Below, piece after piece: positions 11,976 through 23,637 of a DNA stretch of 64,000 bases. Position numbers and translations under genes: made by a program. The notes below the pieces were generated by a model. The model saw nothing but the letters and a program-made list of their open reading frames with translations. It was not told the DNA's origin and made no database searches. Location: NCBI GenBank assembly GCA_951406725.2, contig OX597817.1, forward strand, positions 50,096,001 through 50,160,000, written 5' to 3'. Every line of letters begins with the position of its first letter. Position 1 is the first letter of the stretch. The DNA comes from Octopus vulgaris (taxonomy: Eukaryota).

Positions 11976-14125
11976 TAGTTTTATTTTTATAGCGTGCTTT
12001 CACTTCACTACCGAGCGCAGCTCTGTGTGCCTTAGGTATGTGCTGTGATTTGTTGTGATGCTCTGATGGTTATTGTATGGCAAGTGTGCTGCGTAGGATG
12101 TGTGCAGTGCCTAGTAGTGCAATTTTCTGTATGTTATATGTGTTTGTAAGTCCTGGTGTTTTTGTTATGTATTTGTCTGAATATTTTTTTATCATGCCTA
12201 ATGCACCTACTATGATAGGAATTGTTTCTGTTTTTAGATTCCACATTCTGGTTACCTCTATTTCCAGGTCTTTGTATTTTGAAAGTTTCTCCATTTCTTT
12301 TAGAGACACGTTGTCATCTGCCGGTATTGATACATCAATTAGAAAACATTTTTTTCTTCATGATCTCTGACAACTATATCTGGTCTGTTGGCCTTAATTT
12401 CTCTATCTGTGTGTATCGGCATATCCCAGAGTATGGTTGCATTTTCGTTTTCTGTGACCTTTTCTGGTGTGTGCCTATACCATCTTTTTTCTGTTGTTAT
12501 TCCATAATGTTGGCATAACTTCCAGTGTATGTAGGTTCCAACTCTGTCAGGTCTGTGAATATATTCCTTCTTAGCCAGGATTGGGCAGCCAGAGATAATA
12601 TGATTTATTGTTTCTTGTCCATCTCCACATATTCTGCAGTTACTTGTTATATTTCTTTTCATTACATGTTTTAGGTAATTTCTGGTGGGGAGGCTTTGGT
12701 CTTGTACTGCAATTAAAAATCCCTCTGTCTCTGCTTTGAGTCCTGAACTTCTCAACCATTGCTGGGATTTTTCTTTGTCTATTTCTTTTGCGTTTAGTTT
12801 AGTCCAGTATTTACCATGAAGGGCCTTTTCTTGCCATCGTTTTATCATGGTTCGTTGCTGTTCTATTTTTTAGTTTGGATTTCATTTGTTTTATAGCTTT
12901 TTGTTGTTTCTTCATCTTCTTCTTTTTCATATTTATTAGGTGGTATGATTTCTTGTTTGTATTTTTCAGCTTCCTTAAATACTGAGAACAGTTTTTTGGT
13001 TTGCTCGTGTTTTGCCGCTATTTGTATCAATTTTTCTTCCTTCTGAAGTAGATATTTTTGCAGTCCTATGGTGGTTATTTTATAGTAGTTTTCCAGCTGT
13101 ATAAAGCCTCTGCCACCTTCTATACGTTGTATATATAGTCTTTCTATGTCAGATTTTGGGTGATGCATCCTAGATCCTGTCATTATTTTTCTTGTTTTCC
13201 TATCTATTTTAGTCAGTTCATTTAGTGTCCAGTTAAGGATATTGTAGCTGTAACTTATAACTGGGACAGCTAAAGTGTTAATACCTATTATCTTGTTTTT
13301 AGCATTGAGCTCTGTTTTTAGTATTGATCTAACTCGTCTATAATATTCTTTTTTTATTTCTCTTTCATTTGTGTGTGTTGTGTCTTATCTAGTTCATGGA
13401 TTCCTAAGTATTTGTAAGTTTGGCTTTGGTCTAATTCTTTTATTTCATTGGTTTTATCTAGTATGATGTTACTACTCTTAACTAGTTTTCCTCTTTTCAT
13501 GGTTACTTTGGCGCATTTTTCTAATCCAAATTTCATATTTATTTCTTTGGTAAATCCATGAACTGTCTTTAATAGTGTTTCCAGCTGTTTGTCATTTGGA
13601 GCGTATAGTTTTAGGTCATCCATATATAAAAGGTGGCTGATAGTTTTGCCGTAACATTTATATCCGCATCCAGTTCTATTTAGCATATCAGATAGAGGTG
13701 ACAGTGCCAAACAGAAAAGGAGTGGAGAGAGCGTGTCTCCCTGGAATATTCCTCTTCTGATGGGGATGGCTTTGGTTTTCATGAGTCCCTCTTTTGTTTG
13801 GAGCTGTAGCACTGTTTGACATTTATTCATAGAGTGCCCTATGAATTTTATAATTGTTGGTGCTACTTTGTTAATGGCTAGTGTTTCGAGGATCCATGTG
13901 TGGGAGATGCTATCAAACGCCTTTTTGTAGTCGATCCAGGCCATACTGAGGCCTTTCTTCTTTCTGTGGCTGTCTTCATTTATGGCTTTATTAATCATTA
14001 GTTGATCTTTACAGCCATATGAGCCTTTGCGGCACCCTTTCTGCTCTTCTGGAAACAAGTTGTTTTCGTCCAGGTGCTTGTTCAACATTTGCGATATCAC
14101 TGCAGTAAATGCCTTGTTCATTGTT
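11973..14125 (-). mobile_element. 5'-truncated Dong/R4-clade non-LTR retrotransposon inserted in (TAA)n
   Basis: RT + CCHC + restriction-like endonuclease; (TAA)n on both sides in element orientation, the known Dong target. Confidence 0.9.
12070..14121 (-). pseudogene. R4/Dong ORF (RT, zinc finger, RLE endonuclease), disrupted
   Basis: WIDYKKAFDS, GIFQGDTLSPLLF, YMDDLKLY, CRICGDGQETINHIISGC, NRPDIVV, KYKDL; split over four track ORFs. Confidence 0.9.
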
Positions 14126-14148
14126 TATTATTATTATTATTATTATTA

Positions 14149-14188
<40 letters not shown>

Positions 14189-14274
14189 TGTCACTGCTTG
14201 GAATCGAACTCGGAATCTTGGGTTTAGTAGCCCGCGCTCTTAACCACTACGCCATATGCCCGCGGGCATATGTG

Positions 14275-14687
14275 AAACATATTCATCAGGCACAAACGAC
14301 ATATCATATTAAAAAATTAATAAGAGAAGTAACGCGATAAAAAAAAAACACTGCGAAGGCAGCATATAGAAAACGCGGAAGGTTAATAAAAAGAAAACGG
14401 AAAACGCACTCTAGATCTGAAATTTTCAGCGACTGCAAGCATATGTACGAAGATATTTTTGAAGAACTGGAAAATTCCGCCTATTCCTGATTAACTTAGT
14501 ATCTTTGAAGCTTATAATTTCCTGTCAAATTTTTACTCTTTACATTTTAGTTTTTCTGTTTTCGTTTTCGGCTTTTTTAACCTTCCGCGTTTTCTATATA
14601 TTGCCTTCCCACTTCTTCGCGTTTCTTCTCTTATTCAGTTTTTAAAAATTCGCTATGATATGTGGTTTGTGCGCAATGAATATGTTT
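14275..14687. mobile_element. Foldback/MITE-like element with long imperfect inverted repeats
   Basis: AAACATATTCAT...TATAGAAAACGCGGAAGGTTAA is mirrored by TTAACCTTCCGCGTTTTCTATA...ATGAATATGTTT. Confidence 0.7.
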
Positions 14688-15219
14688 GAGATATTTCTTA
14701 ACATATGTCGCTATTAGTAGCACCTAAAGATATAGCGGTTCGGGAAAAGAGACCAATAGAATATGTACAGGTTTAAGAATTAAGTCATGGGGTCTATTTG
14801 TTTGTCTAAAACTCTTCAAGGCGGTGCTCCAGCATGGCACAGACAGATGGCTGAAACAAGTAAAAGAATAAACGAATACATATACTTTGCGACTTGAGAA
14901 AGCGATGAATACACAGACAGAAAAGTACCTTAAACCAATCTGGTGAATAAAAATCTACGTCACTCGAGGAAGTCGCTTTAGTACAGTTGAATTGAGATTT
15001 ACAATGGAAGATTCAGTAAGTCAACCACAACACTAAAGTGTGACGAACTGCTGTTGTTTCTATAGTAAGTCTGTTGAAGACTGGTAAATTTAATGTTGTG
15101 TAAGGTACCGTTAAATGTATCATCTTGCCTGTAGCTACCTGAATATATACAGCAAAGAACATAAACGACTATTCTTCAAGTTCACAGACTGGGAAAAGAA
15201 AATTGGTGAGGCCTCTTCG

Positions 15220-15820
15220 TATTTCTTTACTACCCACAAGGGGCTAAACATAGAGGGGACAAACAAGAACAGACAAACGGATTAAGTCGATTATATCAAC
15301 CCCAGTGCGTAGCTGGTACTTATTTAATTGGCCCCGAAATGATGAAAGGCAAAGTTGACCTCGGCGGAATTTGAACTCAGAACGTAGCGGCAGACGAAAT
15401 ACCTAATTCTTTACTACCCACAAGGGGCTAAACACAGAGAGGACAAACAAAGACAGACAAACGTATTAAGTCGATTATATCGACCCCAGTGTGTAACTGG
15501 TGCTTAATTTATCGACCTGAAAGGATGAAAGGCAAAGTCGACTTCGGCGGAATTTGAACTCAGAACGTAACAGCAGACGAAATACCTATTTCCTTACTAC
15601 CCACAAGGGGCTAAACACAGAAGGGACAAACAAGGACAGACAAACGGATTAAGTCGATTATATCGGCCCTAGTGCGTAACTGGTACTTAATTTATCGACC
15701 TCCGAAAGGATGAACGGCAAAGTCGACCTCGGCGGAATTTGAACTCAGAACGTAACGGCAGACGAAATACGGCTACGCATTTCGCCCGGCGTGCTAACGT
15801 TTCTGCCAGCTCGCCGCCTT
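15220..15820 (-). mobile_element. SINE S2 trimer
   Basis: Three units; flanking direct repeat AAAATTGGTGAGGCC at ~15199 and 15821. Confidence 0.9.
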
Positions 15821-15939
15821 AAAATTGGTGAGGCCGTTTCTGTCAGCTCACCTCCTTTAGTAGCACATGTAATGCATGTAGTATGAAGCATTTATGGTAA
15901 TATGTGTATGTGTGTGTGTATGTGTACGTGTGTGTGTTT

Positions 15940-16008
<69 letters not shown>

Positions 16009-16469
16009 GTATGTGTGTGTGTGCATGTATGTATGTATATCCAAAAGATAAGGAATGGAGTGGATAAAATCTGGGCTACATATGTTTCATAGCGAGCGGA
16101 ACATCGGAAGTCGTAAATATTCAAGCGAGGGATTTATCACAGGCTTTTCTTCAGGCCAAAGGCATCTTGATTAAATGAATATTGAATTGTAGATAGGAGA
16201 CCCGTATGAATACGCGGAGAGTTCGATGAGAATGCGTAGGCAGCACGGTTTGAGTGGAAAATATAAATGTCAAGAGAAATTATAGCAATATAAGAAAAGT
16301 AAAAAGGAAAAAAAAAAATGTAATTATATGTTTACCGACAGAAGCAGTATAAATACCAAAAGTTAATCTTAATATCCATCTCATCTTGGAGATCATGTGT
16401 GTGTGTGTGTGTGTGTGTGTGTTGAGAGAGAGAGAGAGAAAGAGAGAGATACATACATACGCATACAAA

Positions 16470-16862
16470 ATGATACTCTTTTACTTGTTTCAGTCATTTG
16501 ACTGTGGCCATGCTGGAGCACCGCCTTTAGTCGAGCAAATCGACCCCAGGACTTATTCTTTGGAAGCCCAGTACTTATTCTACCAGTTTCTGTTGTTGGG
16601 GACGTAAACACACCAGCATCGGTTGTCAAGCGATGCTGGAGGTGGACAAACACAGACACACAAACACATACACACACATACATGCATAAACATATATACG
16701 ACGGGACTCTTTCAGTTTCCGTCAACCAAATCCACTCACAAGGCTTTGGTCGACCCGAGGCTATAGTAGAAGACACTTGCCCAAGGTGCCACGCAGTGGG
16801 ACAGAACCCGGAACCATGTGGTTGGTAGACAAGCTACTTACCACAAAGCCACTCTTACGCCT
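16470..16862 (-). mobile_element. SINE S1
   Basis: Reverse-complement match to S1. Confidence 0.85.
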
Positions 16863-17129
16863 ATTAGTATTAACTTGTAAGTGTTTATATATACAAATTC
16901 ACATGTAGTAGTAGGACACATACGTGCTTCAAATAGGTATCCTTTCTTTTCTTATTTCTTTTATCCTGCTTGTTACTCCACTCTTATCCGAAAGGTCCCT
17001 ACTCCTTTTCCCTTCCTATTTTTCGGTATACAGTTTACTGTGCGCAACTTTCAATGCTAAAATCTTTTGTGTTTAAATTTTCTCAAATCGCTTTTCGAAT
17101 TTCTGTCTTGACAAAAATTCTGAGAGTTT

Positions 17130-17342
17130 CTCTTTTACTCTTTTACTCTTTTACTTGTTTCAGTCAATTCACTGTGGCCATGCTGGAGCACCGCCTTTAG
17201 TGAGCAAATCGACCCCAAGACTTATTCTTTGTAAGCCTAGTACTTATTCTATCAGTCACTTTTGCCGAACCGTTAATTTAGGGAGACGTAAACGCACCCG
17301 CATCGGTTGTCAAGCGATGTTGGAGGGACAAACACAGATACA

Positions 17343-17381
<39 letters not shown>

Positions 17382-17610
17382 ACACATATATACATATATA
17401 TTTATACACACACACACATATATATATATATACCTACATGTATACGACGGGCTTCATTCAGTTTCTTGTCTACCAAATCCACTCACAAGGCTTTGGTCGG
17501 CCCGAGGCAATAGTAGAAGACACTTGCCCAAGGTGCCATGCAGTGGGACTGAACCTGGAACCATGTGATTGGTAAGCAAGCTACTTACCACACAGCCACT
17601 CCTACGCCTA
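17130..17610 (-). mobile_element. SINE S1
   Basis: Reverse-complement match to S1. Confidence 0.85.
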
Positions 17611-18006
17611 AAATCATTTTCAATAATTTTCTCTGGAAGTGTTGTGATTTATGTTTACTAACTATAATACTAGAAGTTCAATAAAAGAGACCTTGCGCAC
17701 ACGCTGAGATACCTCAAATAATATATCACTTAACGTAGGTAATAATTAAAGACTCATCATGTGCAAAGGAGACTAAAATATTAATAGTAACAAATCTTTC
17801 TAATTTTGGCAGAAAAGCCAGCGATTCGTTTTCATATATATTGCTTTTGAATGCTGTATTTTTTCTCCTTCGCGTAAACATTGTTCTTTTAACTGGTGCT
17901 AGCATAATTTAGTTAAAAAGATTCATAAATATTTTAAACATGGATGATAGTATCGGCGAACAAAAATTTGTTATGTTGTTTATGCCTGGAGATTTCCATG
18001 ATTGGC

Positions 18007-18068
18007 CTGTTGTTGTTGTTGTTGTTGTTCTTCTTCTTCTTCTTCTCCTTCTTCTTCTTCTTCTTCTT

Positions 18069-18161
<93 letters not shown>

Positions 18162-18238
18162 TTACTATTATTATTATTATTTTATTATTATTATTATTTT
18201 ATTATTATTATTATTATTATTATTCGTCTTCTTCTTCA
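18007..18238. repeat. Compound (GTT)n(CTT)n(ATT)n microsatellite
   Basis: Directly visible. Confidence 0.95.
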
Positions 18239-19604
18239 GGATTTATCATAGCAGCCCAAGATCAATCCCTACCTACAAGGGACTACCAGGCCAACATCTT
18301 AAAGGACGGCAGTAGCCCAGCATGTCGCGTATGTAAACGACAGAATGAAACCATCGATCATATTATCTCCATGTGCAGCCTTCCTGCGCCTACAGGGTAT
18401 CTCCACAGGCATGATAGAGCAGCACAGCATATTCACTGAGTAATTTGCATAGACTTGGACCTGCCCCATGATTAAAACTGGTGGAAACGTAAACCACATC
18501 CAGTGTTCTCACTCCTTAGGAACTTTCCTATTCAAACTGACAAAACGATAGATGCAAGTAGGCCTGACATTATTACTTCTTTATTGCCCACAAAGGGCTA
18601 AACATAGAGGGGACAAACAAGGACAGACAAACAGATTAAGTCGATTACATTGACCCCAGTGCGTAGCTGGTACTTATTTAATCATCGTCCTTGAAAGGAT
18701 GAAAGGCAAAGTCGACTTCGGCAGAATTTGAACTCAGAACGTAGCGGCAGACGAAATACCTACTTCTTTACTACCAACAAGGAGCTACACACAGAGGGGA
18801 CAAACAAGGACAGATAAACGGATTAAGTCGATTATATCGACCCCAGTGCTTAACTGGTACTTACTTAATCGACCTCGAAAGAATGAAAGGCAAAGTCGAC
18901 CTCGGCGGAATTTGAATTCAGAACGTAACGGCAGACGAAATACTGCTAAGTATTTCGCCCTACGTGCTAACGTTTCTGCCAGCTCGCCGCCTTGAGGCCT
19001 GACATTATGCTGAAGGATTCCAGACAAAAATCTTACATCCTCATCGATATAATTGTCTTAGTCGACATAAATGAATTTCTCATGGCCTACCAAAAACTGA
19101 GCAAGTATAAAGATCTTGAAATAGAAATTGGCAAAATATGGAACCTCAAGACAGAAACAGTACCTGTTGTCTCTGGTGCCCTAGGACGGATAGCAAAAGG
19201 GGCTGATTGCTGCTTATCTCAGATACCAAGAAATCCAAAAATGGAAGAAATTGAAAAAGTAATGCTCATGGGAAATGCTCTTATCCTATCTAAAATATTG
19301 TCTATGTAATCCCAAAAGCATTTTCATGTGAGCAGTGTCAGTATATTTTTAAATATACGTGATAGCAATCACTTTTTTACTGTCATCTTAGCATCAGATT
19401 ATCATCTTATAAAGAAATTACTTTTAAAAGTAATTTACTAATTTACTTGTTTGACAGTCCTTCTCCAGAACAATACATTGTGCAAAACCAAAAATATGGC
19501 ACCCTAGTCATAACACCAACTTGAACTTCTACCTTGTTGTATTTTGAGGTCTCTGGATAAGACTTGGAGTCAACTTGTACAAAGACAAAGCAAAAACCAA
19601 ACAC

Positions 19605-19605
<1 letters not shown>
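18238..19605 (+). mobile_element. 5'-truncated Dong/R4-like LINE interrupted by an S2 SINE
   Basis: GFIIAAQDQSLPTR, CRVCKRQNETIDHIISMC, HRHD, RPDI, KLSKYKDLEIEI; ends in (TAA)n. Confidence 0.85.
18574..18994 (-). mobile_element. SINE S2 dimer
   Basis: 14-bp TSD AGGCCTGACATTAT at 18560-18573 and 18995-19008. Confidence 0.9.
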
Positions 19606-19640
<35 letters not shown>

Positions 19641-19649
19641 GTAATAGTA

Positions 19650-19686
<37 letters not shown>

Positions 19687-19718
19687 TAAAATAATAATAG
19701 TAATAATAATAAAAATTA

Positions 19719-19767
<49 letters not shown>

Positions 19768-19791
19768 TAATAATAATAATAATAATAATAA

Positions 19792-19831
<40 letters not shown>

Positions 19832-20068
19832 TAATAATAATAATTAATTATAAAATAATAATGATAATAATAATAATAATAATAAAATAATAATAATAAT
19901 AATAAAATAATAATAATAATAATAAAATAATAATAATAATAATAATAAAATAATAATAATAAATAATAATAATAATAATAATAATGATAATAATAATGAT
20001 AATAATAATGATAATAATAGTAATAATAGTAATAATAATAATAATAATAATAATAGTAATGATAATAA

Positions 20069-20116
<48 letters not shown>

Positions 20117-20200
20117 AATAGTAATAATAATAATACTAATAGTAATGATAATATTAATACTAATAATAATACTAATAATACTAATAATAATAATAATAAC
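19606..20200. repeat. ~600-bp imperfect (TAA)n tract
   Basis: Directly visible. Confidence 0.95.
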
Positions 20201-20400
20201 AAGAGCACTCAGAGAGCGCAAACCTCCACCAAGGAAACACCAATGTCCTCTCAACGATTAGCTGGAAATTATTTCTAAAATGAGAATATTTGAAATAAAC
20301 TCGACTGCTCGCACAACGAGAATACTAAAATTGAACACGACCGCTCTCAAAAATTAAGTAAAAAACAGGAAAAATAATCCAGAATCCTTGTTCGGTATCT
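20199..20400 (+). mobile_element. Possible Helentron-associated non-autonomous element end fragment
   Basis: ACAAGAGCACTCAGAGAGCGCAAACCTCCACCAAGG resembles termini of HINE-like elements as I recall them; no partner end seen. Confidence 0.4.
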
Positions 20401-20655
20401 GAATACCTGGATCTCATCTATAAACTATATATGTATATATATGTATATATAAATATTTGAGTAGTTGAATGAATTATCTTATTATGGATAATTCGGTTAA
20501 CCGAGACATTGGTAGCAAATTCACGTCAGAAAAACACGGTTGAAGCTACATGCCTAGGGCAGAGATCCCGTGCTTTCGTGTGGAAATTTGTGTGTTTTTT
20601 TAAATACAAATAAATGAAAGAATGGAGTTGAACGACGAATTAACAAAATTCCTTT

Positions 20656-20740
20656 ATTTTCGACATATGTTTCGAAGGCTGCATATTCCTAATTTCGAAG
20701 GAATAAGGGGTGCATTATGCCGCCTTCTCATCAGGAAAAC
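20656..20740 (-). ncRNA. Type I hammerhead ribozyme in the Penelope 3' repeat
   Basis: GUUUUC-CUGAUGA-GAAGGC...GCCUUC-GAAAC-AUAU-GUC-GAAAAU. Confidence 0.85.
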
Positions 20741-21292
20741 AAGGAATTTATGTCAGCATCAAGATGCACAAAAACTTTTAGATGACTGCCCACACGGAGC
20801 CCATAGCGATAATGAATGTTTCTTTAAAATATTCCGTTATAAGCAGTGACGTCAAAAATGGTTGAATGTAGAAGATTCTAGAAGGTTCAAGGGTTCAAAC
20901 AAGGTTGGAGGAGAGAAGCCTAAGAATAGGAAGGTGATAGGGTGCAGGTCATATGAATGGTGATTTTGTTGTTTTCTTTTGTGAATAAGTGCCTATGTGT
21001 GTGTATGTATATAACTGCATTAATGTCTATGTGTGTGCGTGATTGTGTGTGTGGTTGGGTAGATGCCAAAAACAGACAGTGGTGAAGTGACAGGTTTGTG
21101 TCTGTGTGTTTGATTGTGCTTACGATAGAGAGAAGGAAAGAGAGAGAGAGGAGGGCGAGGTAGAGAAACAAAGGTAAAACATACCTCAATGGATTGGGTA
21201 GTAGTCCTTTAAGAGTATAAAAATTGACTATGGGGGTGTTATATAAATGGGACTATATTATTAAAATTCAAGGAGGTTATCTATATTAATCA

Positions 21293-22935
21293 TTATTCAT
21301 ATGAGTGAAAGGTGTGTTTTTGCCAGTGCATGCACCTATAGGATTTTTCGACCATTGTATTTATTAAAGGGACTTTGGCGAACAATATATGGAAAAGTTC
21401 GGAATTACAGACGCCACAAAATTTTCTGCCCTTATCAAACGGAAAAGATACTGACAATATGGACCATTCCAGCCTGAAAGTTGTATTGCTGTCCTTAAGA
21501 CGCCAAGCTAATTTACTTTGTCCTGTGCTGTGTTGTTTTCTCTTATCTCGGAAAGTTGAATAATGATTGGAGATCCTGTGGGCTAATTTAGAAGTAGTTG
21601 CCCCAATGTAGAAGAAGACATCGGTACCGGAAGAAATTTTGCACTGGTAAATGGAATTTCTAATTTTGGAATTGCTGGATAAGAACTTTAATCTGTTAGG
21701 GTTTACCTCCGAGACTAAGACGGAGTTTTTATTGTTATGATTGGTGTTAATATTATTGCTAGCATTGGCCACAATACTATTCCTATTATTATCATTATTA
21801 TTAATTGTACTATCGTCGGCAATTTCCCTGACTATAGGAATGCTGGGGTTGTTATCATCAATACTACCTCTGTTATTAAAAATGCTGTCGTTATTACCAC
21901 TAACACTACCACTGTTAATAATCCGACTAATATTATTATTAATATTACTATTGTTAATGCCAACGCTGCTATGAATGTTGCTATTATCAATACTATTTCT
22001 ATTATTATTATTATTGTATGTTTGGTTGGAATTGGTAAGGGCAGTGTCGCTACTCCCGGGTGATGAGTCCTTATTTAGCAGCTTGTTATTATGGGAGGCA
22101 ATGATCTGCGATAGATTTCTAGTGTTGGAGAATGCAATCCTTACCTTATGCGAATTGATAGTAGAGTAATACCTAGAATTCCTGGGAAAGTTCCTAGCTA
22201 CGGCTTCACGGAACTGTAAAGGGAGGTTAGACCTGATTTGTTTCCCGAAAGAAATGACAAACCAGATATAGTTTTTTTTTTACTTAGAATAGTTCAGAGT
22301 GTTACCATTTACATTAAAGGGAGTATTTCTGTGCTGGAGAATTGTTGTTGGTTTCCGATTGCCTCCCCTGGTCCGTAAATTAATTTTGTTAAGTATAGTG
22401 GTGTCGACGTTGTTAGAGCTGAAATCATTATTTACATTATTTCTATTGTTATTAGTTTTCTTATCCTGAGAAGCATATATTGGTTTAGAATGGGCCGGGT
22501 CGATATATGATACCTTATCTCTATAACCGGCTTTTGACAAGGCGGCGTTATAAAATTCCGCTTTTTGGTTAAAGATGTCGACATTAGCAGATAAATTTGA
22601 TAGTCTTAAGGATATATGTTTAACTAAATTATCGGTGATTGTTTTGGCATGGTTACTGAAAATGCTGATATATTTAAGATTAGTAGAAGGCTTATGATAA
22701 GGGAAGTAAGAATTATTCTGCAGATTTAGGGTAACATCTAAGAAGTTGGCTTTAGTTAATTCGTCGTCGAAAACTATGCTCAAGCCCATTCTGCTAAAAA
22801 AATCTAGCTAATCTGTTTTTAGTCTTCTGTATCATATTGTTCGGAGCATTCTGTAGGTAAAGTAGACAATCATCTCGATACAGACCGCCGCAGATTTCCG
22901 GAATTGGTCGGCCAATTCATTGAGAATATAGATTC
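21293..22935 (-). pseudogene. Penelope RT/GIY-YIG endonuclease ORF, frameshifted
   Basis: GLYRDDCL (manual translation near 22870), NFLDVTLNL, YHKP...YISIFSNH, SIYQCKI...YIGAT...RISNH, CGVCNSE. Confidence 0.85.
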
Positions 22936-22957
22936 CGTCGTTCAACTCCATTCTTTC

Positions 22958-22999
<42 letters not shown>

Positions 23000-23542
23000 C
23001 GTCCTGATTCCATGTCTATAACAATAGTAACTTTGTTGATATCGACACAAAACTATCACATAAATAGATATTATGCCAATGAAGGCTTGACATATCTACA
23101 ATAATATAAATAATATAAAATAATTATATCATTATAATATAAATAAGTACACTATAAGTAATAAAGCCTTCGATATAAAGCAGAAAAAACTGTTGACTGA
23201 CGAAGCGTTGTTGTCATTACAAATTGTAATGCAAACACGAAATTTGGAAACGAATGTAAATGAAATCAGTAAAATAACAGAATTGCACACGACTGTATGT
23301 GTTACTTGAATGAATACTGTTGACATGAAGAACGAAGTATAAGCTGCTATCTGCATTGCTTATCGTAATCCGTAGAAATGACACGTTAGATTATACAAAA
23401 ACGTTAATTACTTGCAAACGAATAAATCTCGTATATGAAAGCGAGCAGCATATGATGTCTTAGAAAAGCAAATCAGAATGCCTCAGCAAAGTAACAGTAG
23501 AATTACAGCAATTGATTTTATAATAGAATATATAAGTATGTC

Positions 23543-23637
23543 TTTTTTCAGCTTATCGTTCTTCGATACAAAAATAATCCACAACCTTCTGTCTCAACAA
23601 ACCACTATTCTCCCTGAAAGTTGTTATATATATATAT
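23543..23637. repeat. Left arm of a foldback repeat (partner 32320-32422)
   Basis: TTTTTCAGCTTATCGTTCTTCGATACAAAAATAAT and CACTATTCTCCCTGAAAGTTGTTA(TA)n are reverse complements of 32341-32422. Confidence 0.85.

Larger units (their letters stand above)
11751..14263 (-). mobile_element. tRNA-headed, hammerhead-containing short retroelement (interrupted by a Dong LINE)
   Basis: Minus strand: A box TGGCGTAGTGG and B box GAGTTCGATTCC (14190-14263), (AAT)n, [LINE 11973-14125], (AAT)n(AAC)n, then a ~160-bp 3' part containing a hammerhead. Confidence 0.7.
20611..22962 (-). mobile_element. 5'-truncated Penelope-like element (possibly Naiad-like)
   Basis: RT C-terminal half, GIY-YIG domain, 3' region with hammerhead, and 27-bp terminal inverted duplication (20611-20637 vs 22936-22962). 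Confidence 0.85.

Noticed and set aside
14190-14263. Functional tRNA gene
   Set aside because: A and B boxes are present but acceptor-stem pairing is poor and it runs into (AAT)n; it is a SINE head. The same applies to the S2, S3 and S4 heads.
17940-20254. Poly-L/I/Y/S ORFs
   Set aside because: Trinucleotide repeat artefacts; only the part after 18238 is real LINE coding sequence.
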